A DNA stretch of 60,396 nt from Steroidobacteraceae bacterium (lineage in GTDB: Bacteria > Pseudomonadota > Gammaproteobacteria > Steroidobacterales > Steroidobacteraceae): the NCBI GenBank assembly GCA_035691185.1, contig DASSJN010000039.1, positions 1 through 60,396 on the forward strand. The letters run 5' to 3'. The translations under genes and the position numbers were made by a program. The notes under the pieces were generated by a model. That model worked only from the letters and a program-made list of their open reading frames with translations. It had not been told where the DNA came from and did not search any database. Positions 47,606-56,118 of the stretch are shown one piece after another; within the stretch, counting starts at the first letter, position 1; each line of letters begins with the position of its first letter.

Positions 47606-48154
47606 CTAGAAACCTCCGTCGAACAGCCCGCGCCTGCACGTCGGGCAGCTGTCCGGCAGGATCTCGAGCGTGTCGCGGACCCAGAGCGCGTTGCAGCCCG
47701 GGCAGTTGGCGAGCACGTATTCGTCGTCGCGGCAGAACACCTGCCAGAGGTGCCAGGCATGCTCGACGCTCACGTGCGGCTTCGGCCAGAGGCCGAGGAA
47801 CGTTTCGTAGACGTCGCAGAAGAGCGAGACCTCGACGATGTCGGGACGAAAGCCGTGCAGATGGGGGTGCAGAAGCCCGCACCGGAGCAGCAACGAGCCG
47901 AGCGTGGCGGCCTCCTGTTCGTGCTCGAGCGAGCGGCGGAAGAACGCCATCTGGCGCGGTGACTTGCCGCGGTGCCGGCGTACGGTATTCGTGGCGTTCG
48001 CACCGAAATAATCGCGGTATATGCGCCGGATCCGGTCGTCGGATAATTGCGTCGCATCCCGGATGGTGCGCGTGCGGGCCTCCAGTCCGATCAGTCGGTG
48101 GGCCAGACCCAGCCGGAGCCGATCCCGGTCGTAGCGGCTGTCCGTGATCCGCAT
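47606..48154 (-). CDS. FlhC-like zinc-ribbon transcriptional regulator
   Basis: LIGLEARTRTIRDATQLSDDRIRRIYRDYFG parallels the FlhC sequence [31 protein letters not shown]. C-terminal Cys4 (CPGC...CPTC). The likely start is MRITDS at 48154, with AGGGA upstream; the track ORF extends to 48205. Confidence 0.65.
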   Translation of the reverse strand: MRITDSRYDRDRLRLGLAHRLIGLEARTRTIRDATQLSDDRIRRIYRDYFGANATNTVRRHRGKSPRQMAFFRRSLEHEQEAATLGSLLLRCGLLHPHLHGFRPDIVEVSLFCDVYETFLGLWPKPHVSVEHAWHLWQVFCRDDEYVLANCPGCNALWVRDTLEILPDSCPTCRRGLFDGGF

Positions 48155-48182
48155 GACGCCGTCCCTAATTTGGCCTCTTCGG

Positions 48183-48250
48183 CATATATGGTCTAACTGG
48201 ACCATATATGGCAGTCTATAACTATATTTGGTCCGTCAGGACCATATATG
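48183..48250. promoter_or_regulatory. Two 28-bp palindromic operator-like units in an AT-rich divergent promoter
   Basis: Unit A is CATATATGGTC-TAACTG-GACCATATATG (48183..48210). Unit B is TATATTTGGTC-CGTCAG-GACCATATATG (48223..48250). The offset is exactly 40 bp. Confidence 0.6.
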
Positions 48251-48973
48251 AACGAGGTGTCCGCCATGGCCGACCGACCGTCCGCAGCCCTGCACCCCGG
48301 CTTCCATCAAGGGAATCTGCTTAACGTCGCGGTGCGACGAGAAATCGCCGACCTCAACCGCCTGTTCCTCGAACGAGCGCTCGACCCGGACGAAGGCCTC
48401 CACGACTGGTTTCGCCTGCCCTGCCGGGCGCTGGAGCGGTTGGCGGCGGCCGGCTCCGAGACCTGGGAACGGGCGGCGCAATGGCCCATGGCGCTGTTCG
48501 AGCTTCGGTTGCCGGGGGCCGGCCTCGGAGACAGCGACGTTCACACCGTCGCCGATCGGCCGCTCCCCGTCGTGGGCGAAGGGTCGCGGACCGAGGCACG
48601 GCGGGCCTTCGGCGTGACCGCGCTCGGCGTGGTCCGTCGGCTCGCGGAGGGGGTCCCGCTCGCCTCGCGCATCGCATTCGGCCTGGAAGGCCGTGTCGAG
48701 GCGCGGCTCTCGGCCATGACCTTGTCCGAGTCCTACCGTGTCGCGGCCTGGCCGGGCCTCATACGGCCTCGCTGGAGCGAGGACGATCGTTACTGGATGC
48801 TGCTGGCCGAAGCCGCCACGCGCGGCGACGGTGTGCACTGGGCATACACGGCCGGCCTGTGCCTGCTGGCCAGGTGCGAACGCCAGCCCCCGGCCGTGGC
48901 CTACAGCGTGCGGCGCGCGCCGCGGTCCGCACATCGCCGGTCCGGGGCTGCGGGCCCGGAGGTTCCTTGCTGA
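48248..48973 (+). CDS. Hypothetical protein with FlhD-like N-terminal region
   Basis: IADLNRLFLERALDPDEGLHDWFRLPCRALERLAAAGSETWERAAQWPMALFELRL aligns by eye with FlhD IYDINLSYLLLAQRL...MFRLG...[24 protein letters not shown]. An alternative ATG at 48266 has GAGG upstream. The C-terminal roughly 140 aa are unassigned. Confidence 0.4.
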   Translation: MNEVSAMADRPSAALHPGFHQGNLLNVAVRREIADLNRLFLERALDPDEGLHDWFRLPCRALERLAAAGSETWERAAQWPMALFELRLPGAGLGDSDVHTVADRPLPVVGEGSRTEARRAFGVTALGVVRRLAEGVPLASRIAFGLEGRVEARLSAMTLSESYRVAAWPGLIRPRWSEDDRYWMLLAEAATRGDGVHWAYTAGLCLLARCERQPPAVAYSVRRAPRSAHRRSGAAGPEVPC

Positions 48974-49027
48974 CGCGGGGGGCGCAGCTTACCCTTTGCG
49001 CCCCTTGTTGCCCGGTCCACATCGTCC

Positions 49028-49987
49028 ATGAAGGCCCTGTCGCTGCGCCAGCTGACCAAGAGGTACCGCAACGGCGTGCAGGCCTTGAAGGGCATCGACC
49101 TCGACGTCGAGGACGGCGATTTCTTCGCGCTGCTCGGGCCCAACGGTGCCGGCAAGTCGACGACGATCGGGATCGTGTCGTCACTGGTCAACAAGACCGG
49201 GGGCACGGTCAGCGTGTTCGGGCACGACATCGACCGCGACCTCGAGGCCGCGAAGTCGTGCCTCGGCGTCGTACCGCAGGAAATCAATTTCAACCAGTTC
49301 GAGAAGGTCTCGACCATCCTGCTGAACCAGGCGGGGTTCTACGGCATTCCGCGGGGCGTGGCACGCGGCCGCGTCGAGCACTGGCTCCGGCAGCTGCAGC
49401 TGTGGGACAAGCGTGACGCCGTTTCGCGCACGCTGTCGGGCGGCATGAAGCGTCGCCTGATGATCGCGCGCGCGCACGTGCACGAGCCGCAACTGCTGAT
49501 CCTCGACGAGCCGACCGCAGGCGTCGACATCGAAGTGCGCCGCTCGATGTGGGAGTTCCTGCGACGGATCAACGAACAGGGCACGACCATCATTCTGACC
49601 ACGCACTACCTCGAGGAGGCCGAGAGCCTCTGCCGACACATCGCGATCATCGACGAGGGACGCATCATCGAGAACGACCGGATGTCGACCGTGCTGCGCA
49701 AGCTGCACACCGAGATTTTCGTTCTGAACCTGCGCGAGCCGCTGCACCAGGTGCCGGCGCTGCCCGGGTACCGGCTCGCGCAGGTCGACGAGACGACGCT
49801 CGAGATCGAGGTCAACAAGGAGCAGAACCTCAACGGCATCTTCGCCGCGCTGTCGGCCGCGGGCGTCGAGGTGCTGAGCATGCGCAACAAGGCGAACCGA
49901 CTCGAGGAACTGTTCCTGCGCCTGGTGGAGGGCCGCGACGTGGGCAGCGGCCAGGCCCTGCGCGCGGACGGAACGGTCCGGCCATGA
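49028..49987 (+). CDS. ABC transporter ATP-binding protein (ABC-2/YadG-like)
   Basis: Walker A GPNGAGKST, signature LSGGMKRR, and Walker B LLILDEPT. Confidence 0.9.
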   Translation: MKALSLRQLTKRYRNGVQALKGIDLDVEDGDFFALLGPNGAGKSTTIGIVSSLVNKTGGTVSVFGHDIDRDLEAAKSCLGVVPQEINFNQFEKVSTILLNQAGFYGIPRGVARGRVEHWLRQLQLWDKRDAVSRTLSGGMKRRLMIARAHVHEPQLLILDEPTAGVDIEVRRSMWEFLRRINEQGTTIILTTHYLEEAESLCRHIAIIDEGRIIENDRMSTVLRKLHTEIFVLNLREPLHQVPALPGYRLAQVDETTLEIEVNKEQNLNGIFAALSAAGVEVLSMRNKANRLEELFLRLVEGRDVGSGQALRADGTVRP

Positions 49988-50832
49988 ACGATTCACCGCA
50001 TTCGACCGCGACGCCCGGGGTGTCGGCCGGTGGCCACGCCGCCGCGACGAGCCGCAGCCAGATGCGACGCGCGCGGCGCATCGGCTTCACGACGATCGTG
50101 CTGCGCGAGTTCAGCCGGATCATCCGCATCTGGGGTCAGACGATCGTCCCGCCCGCGATCACGGCGACGCTGTACTTCATCATCTTCGGCAGCCTGATCG
50201 GCCAGCGCATCGGCCAGATGGGCGGCTTCAGCTACATGCAGTACATCGCGCCGGGGCTGATCATGATGTCGGTGATCACGAACAGCTACGGCAACGTGGT
50301 CTCGTCGTTCTTCGGCGCGAAATTCGGCCGCCACATCGAGGAACTGCTCGTTTCGCCGCTGCCGAACTGGCTGATCGTGCTCGGCTACGTCGTGGGCGGC
50401 GTGCTGCGCGGGCTGCTCGTCGGGCTCGTCGTGACGATCATCGCGCTGTTCTTCACGCACCTGCACGTCGAGCACCTGTTCTCGGTGATGGCAGCGGTGC
50501 TGCTCACCTCGGTCGTGTTCGCGCTCGGCGGGTTCATCAACGCCGTGTTCGCGAAGAATTTCGACCAGATCTCGTTCGTGCCGACGTTCATCCTGACGCC
50601 GATGACCTACCTCGGCGGCGTCTTCTACTCGATCGCGATGCTGCCCGAGTGGGCGCAGCAGGTGTCGAAGGCGAACCCGATCCTGTACATGGTCAACGCG
50701 TTCCGGTTCGGCTTCCTCGGGCACTCGGACGTCGACGTCGGGTTCTCGTTCGCGATCATGATCGCGGCGACGCTCCTGCTGTTCGCCGTGTGCGTGTGGC
50801 TGATGAACAAGGGAACGGGAACGAGGGAATAG
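49984..50832 (+). CDS. ABC-2 type transporter permease (YadH-like)
   Basis: Six predicted TM segments and typical ABC-2 sequence (REFSRIIRIWGQTIVPP...NPILYMVNAFRFGFLG). ATGA overlap with the ATPase gene. Confidence 0.85.
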   Translation: MNDSPHSTATPGVSAGGHAAATSRSQMRRARRIGFTTIVLREFSRIIRIWGQTIVPPAITATLYFIIFGSLIGQRIGQMGGFSYMQYIAPGLIMMSVITNSYGNVVSSFFGAKFGRHIEELLVSPLPNWLIVLGYVVGGVLRGLLVGLVVTIIALFFTHLHVEHLFSVMAAVLLTSVVFALGGFINAVFAKNFDQISFVPTFILTPMTYLGGVFYSIAMLPEWAQQVSKANPILYMVNAFRFGFLGHSDVDVGFSFAIMIAATLLLFAVCVWLMNKGTGTRE

Positions 50833-50836
50833 GAGA

Positions 50837-50944
50837 GTGACTAGTGTCTAGTGTCCAGTGTCCAGTGTTCAGTAGGATGCGGCTGCGCCGCGCGCCGGCA
50901 ACGCCGGATTCCGACTAACCGCTGGACACTGGGCACTAGGCACT
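50837..50944. repeat. Heptamer-armed palindromic intergenic element, copy 6
   Basis: GTGACTAGTGTCTAGTGTCCAGTGTCCAGTGTTCAGTAGGATGC ... ATTCCGACTAACCGCTGGACACTGGGCACTAGGCACT. It ends 6 nt before the SRAP ATG. Confidence 0.9.
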
Positions 50945-50950
50945 TCTCCC

Positions 50951-51685
50951 ATGTGCGGTCGCTTCGCCTTCTACTCGCCCCACGAAGCCGTCGTCAGGTT
51001 GTTCGGCCTGCCGGACGACACGCCGGAGATCGAACCGCAGTACAACATCGCGCCGACCAGCTTCATTCCGGTCGTCCGCGAGTCGCCCGATGTCGCGGCG
51101 ACGCGCCGTCTGGCAATGATGTATTGGGGCCTCGTGCCGTCGTGGTCGAGCGAAAAGTCGATCGGCGCCCGCATGATCAATGCGCGCGCTGAAACGCTGA
51201 AGGACAAACCTGCGTTCCGTCACGCCTTCCGCCGCCGTCGCGGCCTCGTTCCGGCCGACGGGTACTTCGAGTGGATGAAGGTCGGTGCCCGCGACAAGCA
51301 GCCTTACTTCATCCAGCCGGCGTCCGGCGCGCCGTTTGCGCTCGCGGCCATCTGGGAAACCTGGCGCGACCCGGCCACCGGCGAGCCGCTCGAGTCCTGC
51401 GCCCTGATCACGACCGACGCCAGCCGCCCGGTCGCGCGGATCCACGACCGCATGCCGGTCATCATCCCCGCGACCGCGTTCGCCGAATGGCTGGACCCGA
51501 AGAACCAGCACGTCGAGAGACTGGAACGATTCTTCGCCCCCGACGCGGCGGGCGAACTGATCGCCACGCCCGTGAGCCGACGCGTGAGCGATGCACGCAA
51601 CCAGGGGCCGGAATGCATCGAACCCCTGACCCTGGAAACGCCCGGCCTGCCGCTCGAGGTTCCCGCCTCCGACGACCAGAAATGA
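50951..51685 (+). CDS. SOS response-associated peptidase (SRAP/YedK, abasic-site processing protein)
   Basis: The obligatory N-terminus MCGRFA (Cys2 nucleophile), then YNIAPT, WGLVPSW, NARAET and ITTDA motifs. Confidence 0.9.
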   Translation: MCGRFAFYSPHEAVVRLFGLPDDTPEIEPQYNIAPTSFIPVVRESPDVAATRRLAMMYWGLVPSWSSEKSIGARMINARAETLKDKPAFRHAFRRRRGLVPADGYFEWMKVGARDKQPYFIQPASGAPFALAAIWETWRDPATGEPLESCALITTDASRPVARIHDRMPVIIPATAFAEWLDPKNQHVERLERFFAPDAAGELIATPVSRRVSDARNQGPECIEPLTLETPGLPLEVPASDDQK

Positions 51686-51701
51686 GTACAGAATCGCGGC
51701 C

Positions 51702-52370
51702 ATGAGCGAGACGCCGTGCGCCGGCAAGATCTTCTGCGTCGGCTTCTACAAGACGGGCACCACGACGTTGTTCGAGGCGCTCCGGCTGCTGGGTTATCGT
51801 GCCATCAATGGCGACACGCCCGGCAGCTACCCGGGGGCCGACGACGGCGAGACGCTGGTCCGTCAGATCGAGGCGGGCGACTACCGCCTGCCGACGTTCG
51901 AGCTCTTCGATGCGTTCACCGACAACCCGTACTTCCACATCTGGCGCGAGATCCACGCGCAGTTCCCCGACGCCAGGTACATCCTGACCGTGCGGGACGA
52001 GGCGCGCTGGATCGAGAGCTGCGTACGGTTCTACGCGAACCGGCGCGTGCGCCCGATGCGGCTCTGGATGTTCGGGCCCCACGCCAATCCCGCGCGCAGC
52101 GAGGCCAGCCGGCAGGCATGGCTCGATGCCTACCGCACGCACAATGAGGCCGTCCGGGCGCATTTCGCGAATGCGCCCGCCGGACAGTTCCTCGAGCTGG
52201 ACCTCGTGCGCAACGGGCGGTGGGACGACCTCTGCGGTTTCCTCGGCCAGCCCATTCCCCCGGTGCCATTCCCTCACGCAAACCCGACCAGGCCCGACGC
52301 ACCGTGGCGTCGTGCCTGGCGTGCGGTGCGTCGCCGCCTCGGTCTCGAGTACTCGGTGCCCGAGGACTGA
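51702..52370 (+). CDS. Sulfotransferase family protein
   Basis: The N-terminal PAPS-binding-like loop GFYKTGTTTL and the overall size fit small bacterial sulfotransferases. Confidence 0.55.
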   Translation: MSETPCAGKIFCVGFYKTGTTTLFEALRLLGYRAINGDTPGSYPGADDGETLVRQIEAGDYRLPTFELFDAFTDNPYFHIWREIHAQFPDARYILTVRDEARWIESCVRFYANRRVRPMRLWMFGPHANPARSEASRQAWLDAYRTHNEAVRAHFANAPAGQFLELDLVRNGRWDDLCGFLGQPIPPVPFPHANPTRPDAPWRRAWRAVRRRLGLEYSVPED

Positions 52371-52431
52371 GTCGGGTGGCGCCGGTGCAGCTCGCGGACC
52401 GGGCGTGACCCGCGCGGCCCGCGAGCGCTGC

Positions 52432-54480
52432 TCACTCGGCCTCTTCGTGCGGCTTGAACGCCGCGACGAGTTCCTGCTGCCTGCGTGGCGGCACCGGATC
52501 GTAGTGGCTCAGGTCCATCGTGTACGTGCCTTCGCCGCCGGTGAGCGCCTTGAGCCGTGACAGGTAGTCCTGCAGTTCGGCGAGCGGCACCAGTGCCGTG
52601 ATCTCGGCGCGACCGCCGGCCAGCGAATCCTGCCCGTTGATGCGTGCGCGTCGCGTCGCGAGGTCGCTGGTCACGTCCCCGATCGCCGAGGCCGGCGTGC
52701 TGATCGCCACGCGCACGATCGGCTCGAGCACGATCGGCCCGGCGCCCTTGATCGCCTCGATGAACGCCTTGCGGCCGGCCGAGACGAACGCGACTTCCTT
52801 CGAGTCGACCGGGTGATGTTTGCCGTCGTATACGCTGACCCGGACGTCCTGCAACTCGAAGCCGGCGATGGCGCCTTCGGTCAGGACCTGTCGCACCCCT
52901 TTCTCGACCGCCGGGATGAACTGACCGGGGATCGCGCCGCCGACCACGTCGTCGACGAACTCGAAGCCCGCGCCGCGCTCGAGCGGCTCGATGCGCAGGA
53001 ACACTTCGCCGAACTGGCCGGCGCCGCCGGTCTGCTTCTTGTGGCGGCAGTGGCCTTCGGCCGGCCGGGTGATGGTTTCGCGGTACGGCACGCTCGGCGG
53101 GCTCGTCTTGACGGCCACACCGTAACGCTCGGTGAGCCTCTGCAGCATCATGCGCAGGTGCAGGTCGCCCAGGCCATAGAGCACGGTCTCGTTCTGCGCG
53201 ACGTGGTGCTCGACGCGGACGCACGGGTCCTCCGCCGTCAGCCGGTGCAGGCCTTCCGAGAGTTTCTGCTCGTCGCCGCGCTTCTCGGCGCGGATCGCCA
53301 GGCCGAGCATCGCGGGTGGGAACGACACCGACTTCAGGTGGTAGTTGTCCTCGTCGTGGGAGTCGTGCAGCACCGCGTCGAAGAAGATCTCGTCGATCTT
53401 CGGCACGGCGCAGATGTCGCCGGGCACCGCCTGCTGGACCTCGATGTGCTCCTTGCCCAGCAGCTGGTAGATATGGGCGAGCTTCACCGGCTTGCGCGCG
53501 TCGCCGACGAACAACTGTGCACCGGCCTTCACGGTGCCCTGGTGCACGCGGAAGACGCCGAGCTTGCCGACGAACGGGTCGATCGTGACCTTGAAGACGT
53601 GTGCGATGACGTGCTTCGCCGGGTCGGGGCTCACGACGACGCGCTCGGCCGCCTCGCCTTCACCCTTCAGGAAGGGCGGCGGGTTGCCTTCGGCCGGGTT
53701 GGGTGCCAGCCGCGCGAGCACCTCGAGCAGCTCGGGGATGCCGGCGCCCGTCTCGGCGGAACAGAAACAGATCGGCACGAGGTGGTCCTCGCGCAGGGCC
53801 TTCTCGAACGGATCGTGCAGTTGCTCGGGGTTCAGCTCCTGCCCCTGCTCGAGGTAGAGCGCCATCAACTCCTCGTCGACCTCGACGACCTGGTCGATGA
53901 TCTGCGTGTGTGCGTCCTCGCACGAGGAAAAATCGGTCGGCTTGCCGTGCGGTTGGAAGAAGCAGTCGACGACCGAGGCGCCGCCGTCGGCCGGCAGGTT
54001 GAGCGGCAGGCACGACCTGCCGAAGGCCTCGCGGATTTCCTCGAGCACTTCCTCGGTGCGCGCCTCCCGGCTGTCGATCTTGTTGACGACGATCAGGCGG
54101 CAGAGCCCGCGCTGCTTCGTGAAGTCCATCATGCGCTCGGTCATCGTCTCGACGCCGTTGACGGCGCTCACGACGATCACCGCCGTTTCGACGGCCTCGA
54201 GCGCGCTGAGCGTGCGCCCCATGAAGTCCGGGTATCCCGGCGTGTCGATCACGTTGACGCGCCGGCCCTGCGTCTCGAAGCCGCAGATCGCCGCGTCGAG
54301 CGAGTGAAGCTGTGCCTTTTCCAGCGGATCGAAATCACAGACCGTCGTTCCGCGGGCGAGCGAACCCTTGGTGCGGATCGCTCCGGACTGCGCGAGCAAG
54401 GCTTCGGCCAGAAGCGTCTTGCCCGCGCCTGCCTGGCCCACGAGGGCGACGTTCCTGATGTCTTGGGTCGTGTAGGGCAT
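52432..54480 (-). CDS. Elongation factor G paralog (EF-G-like GTPase)
   Basis: 682 aa. G1 motif GQAGAGKT, G3 motif DTPGYPDF, G4 motif NKID, and EF-G domains II-V (GDLHLRMMLQRL, HPVDSKE). Confidence 0.85.
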   Translation of the reverse strand: MPYTTQDIRNVALVGQAGAGKTLLAEALLAQSGAIRTKGSLARGTTVCDFDPLEKAQLHSLDAAICGFETQGRRVNVIDTPGYPDFMGRTLSALEAVETAVIVVSAVNGVETMTERMMDFTKQRGLCRLIVVNKIDSREARTEEVLEEIREAFGRSCLPLNLPADGGASVVDCFFQPHGKPTDFSSCEDAHTQIIDQVVEVDEELMALYLEQGQELNPEQLHDPFEKALREDHLVPICFCSAETGAGIPELLEVLARLAPNPAEGNPPPFLKGEGEAAERVVVSPDPAKHVIAHVFKVTIDPFVGKLGVFRVHQGTVKAGAQLFVGDARKPVKLAHIYQLLGKEHIEVQQAVPGDICAVPKIDEIFFDAVLHDSHDEDNYHLKSVSFPPAMLGLAIRAEKRGDEQKLSEGLHRLTAEDPCVRVEHHVAQNETVLYGLGDLHLRMMLQRLTERYGVAVKTSPPSVPYRETITRPAEGHCRHKKQTGGAGQFGEVFLRIEPLERGAGFEFVDDVVGGAIPGQFIPAVEKGVRQVLTEGAIAGFELQDVRVSVYDGKHHPVDSKEVAFVSAGRKAFIEAIKGAGPIVLEPIVRVAISTPASAIGDVTSDLATRRARINGQDSLAGGRAEITALVPLAELQDYLSRLKALTGGEGTYTMDLSHYDPVPPRRQQELVAAFKPHEEAE

Positions 54481-54636
54481 CCCGATGCTCCTCGGTCCTG
54501 TTCTTGCAATGGCCGAAGCATACGCCCGGCCTCGGGGCCGGCCACTTCCAATAGCCGGGATTGGCTTCGGCGGTCATTCAAGGTAGAAAGCCGGTACACA
54601 TGGCGCCCGTCGTGGCGTCTCCAAAAGGGACCTGGA

Positions 54637-56118
54637 ATGACCACGGGCAAGCGCGCCCTGATCGTCGACGACTCGCGTTCGGCCAGGGTCATCCTGAGCC
54701 GGATGCTCGAGCAGCACGGCCTGACGGTCGACACGGCGGAGTCCGCCGAGCAGGCGCTCGACTACCTCCAGCGCAACCGGCCGGACGTGATCTTCATGGA
54801 CCACCTGATGCCCGGCATGGACGGGTTCCAGGCGGTCCAGGCGATCAAGGCCGACCCGCTCACCGCCACGATCCCGCTCATGATGTACACCTCGCAGGAA
54901 GGCGAGCTGTACGTGAGCCAGGCTCGGGCGCTCGGGGCGGTCGGCGTGCTGCCCAAGACCGTGCGCCCGGTCGACGTGTCCCGGATTCTTTACCAATTGC
55001 ATCTGCTGCCGGACCGGCGCACGCAGCGAACCGCGCTGTTCCCGGGCCCGGCCGCCGCGGCCGCCCATGCGGCCGAGAACGGCCACGGCCACGAGGCACC
55101 GATCGCAGCGGCCCTGGCGGCGGGACAATACGCCGACGGTTCGGCAGCCACCCCAATGCATCCGGGCGTCGCACCACTGGGCATGCCCTCACCCGCAGAG
55201 GCGATGCCGGCGTCGGGCCTGGCGTTCACGCCTGCGGTCGCCCATGAACTGCAGTCCGGATTGCGCCAGTCGATGCAGCAGCTGGTCAAGGACCAGCTCG
55301 CCGAACAGCGCCGTTTCATGCTCGCCACGTTCGAGGCGTTCGCGCGCCGGATGTCCGGCGAGCTCCGCGAAGGCATCGCGAAGATTCCGCCGCCGTCGCC
55401 GGAGTCGCTGATCGCACCGCCGTCGCCCCGCCAATGGTGGCCGGTCGTCATGACCGCGCTGCTCGCCGTCGTCCCGGCGATCGTGCTCGGCTACATGACG
55501 ATGCAGACGTCGATCACGAACGAGCGCCTGGCACGCGAACTCGTCGAGGCCCGCGCCGTGGCGGATCGAGCCAAGGCCGACGCGATCGCCGCGGCGGCTT
55601 CGGCATCGGCGACGGTCGCGAGCACGGAGCCGATCAGCGGCGCATCGCCGTCCGGGGGCGACGCGGCCATCGCTACCGAGTACGTGCCGTACGGCGAGAC
55701 GCCGTTCTCGGGCAACCGCCTCGACCGCCTGCGCATGCTCGCCACGACGCTCGAGAGCCAGAAATTCAAGGGCAGCATCCGCATCGAGTCGTTCGTGGGC
55801 GACTTCTGCCTGGTCGGCGCGGCCGGCGAAGGTTTCGGCATTGCGCCGGGCGATACTCCGGTCGCCAAGTGCGACCTCGTCGGCAACCCGTTCGACGACA
55901 CGCTCTCGGCGGCGCAACGGCAGTCGCTCGAGTTCGCGAACTTCGTGGCGATGCTGCAGCGGCGCACCGATGGCGACATCCGCGTCGAGGTCGTCAACTC
56001 GGGGCGTCGCCAGCCGATCGCGTATCCGCAGCAGGACGAGAAGATCACGGCCAGCGCCTGGAACGTGATTGCTGCCCAGAACAATCGCGTCGAGTTCCAC
56101 CTCGTCCCGAGCGCATGA
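54637..56118 (+). CDS. Response-regulator receiver protein with TM segment and OmpA/MotB-like C-terminal domain
   Basis: REC domain ALIVDDSRSARV...DVIFMDHLMPGMDG...MYTSQ. An Ala/Pro-rich linker, then TM helix WWPVVMTALLAVVPAIVLGYM. The C-terminus ends in ...NNRVEFHLVP, reminiscent of the OmpA_C NRRVEI ending. Confidence 0.7.
   Translation: MTTGKRALIVDDSRSARVILSRMLEQHGLTVDTAESAEQALDYLQRNRPDVIFMDHLMPGMDGFQAVQAIKADPLTATIPLMMYTSQEGELYVSQARALGAVGVLPKTVRPVDVSRILYQLHLLPDRRTQRTALFPGPAAAAAHAAENGHGHEAPIAAALAAGQYADGSAATPMHPGVAPLGMPSPAEAMPASGLAFTPAVAHELQSGLRQSMQQLVKDQLAEQRRFMLATFEAFARRMSGELREGIAKIPPPSPESLIAPPSPRQWWPVVMTALLAVVPAIVLGYMTMQTSITNERLARELVEARAVADRAKADAIAAAASASATVASTEPISGASPSGGDAAIATEYVPYGETPFSGNRLDRLRMLATTLESQKFKGSIRIESFVGDFCLVGAAGEGFGIAPGDTPVAKCDLVGNPFDDTLSAAQRQSLEFANFVAMLQRRTDGDIRVEVVNSGRRQPIAYPQQDEKITASAWNVIAAQNNRVEFHLVPSA

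Noticed and set aside
47606-48205. FlhC-like gene interpreted as the flagellar master regulator.
   Set aside because: There is no co-directional flhD immediately upstream and no flagellar or chemotaxis genes anywhere in the window. The gene is kept as an FlhC-family regulator of unknown regulon.
50837-50944. Short tandem repeats (GTCCAGT/GTCTAGT heptamers) considered as a CRISPR array or CRISPR remnant.
   Set aside because: The repeat unit is only 7 nt with no spacers. The two halves are inverted copies forming one palindrome, and no cas genes are present. This is a REP/MITE-like structure, not CRISPR.
52432-54480. EF-G-like GTPase considered as a Tet(M)/Tet(O)-type ribosomal protection protein.
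   Set aside because: Its length (682 aa), domain order and motifs fit the EF-G paralog class equally well. Nothing in the sequence or context (no mobile element, no resistance genes) specifically supports a ribosomal protection role. Distinguishing the two needs a phylogeny I cannot run.
54528-54543. CCGGCC-TCGG-GGCCGG hairpin in the EF-G / response-regulator intergenic region, considered as a terminator or riboswitch element.
   Set aside because: The flanking genes are divergent, so there is no transcript to terminate. The stem is short and has no U-tract. Such GC palindromes are expected by chance at this base composition.
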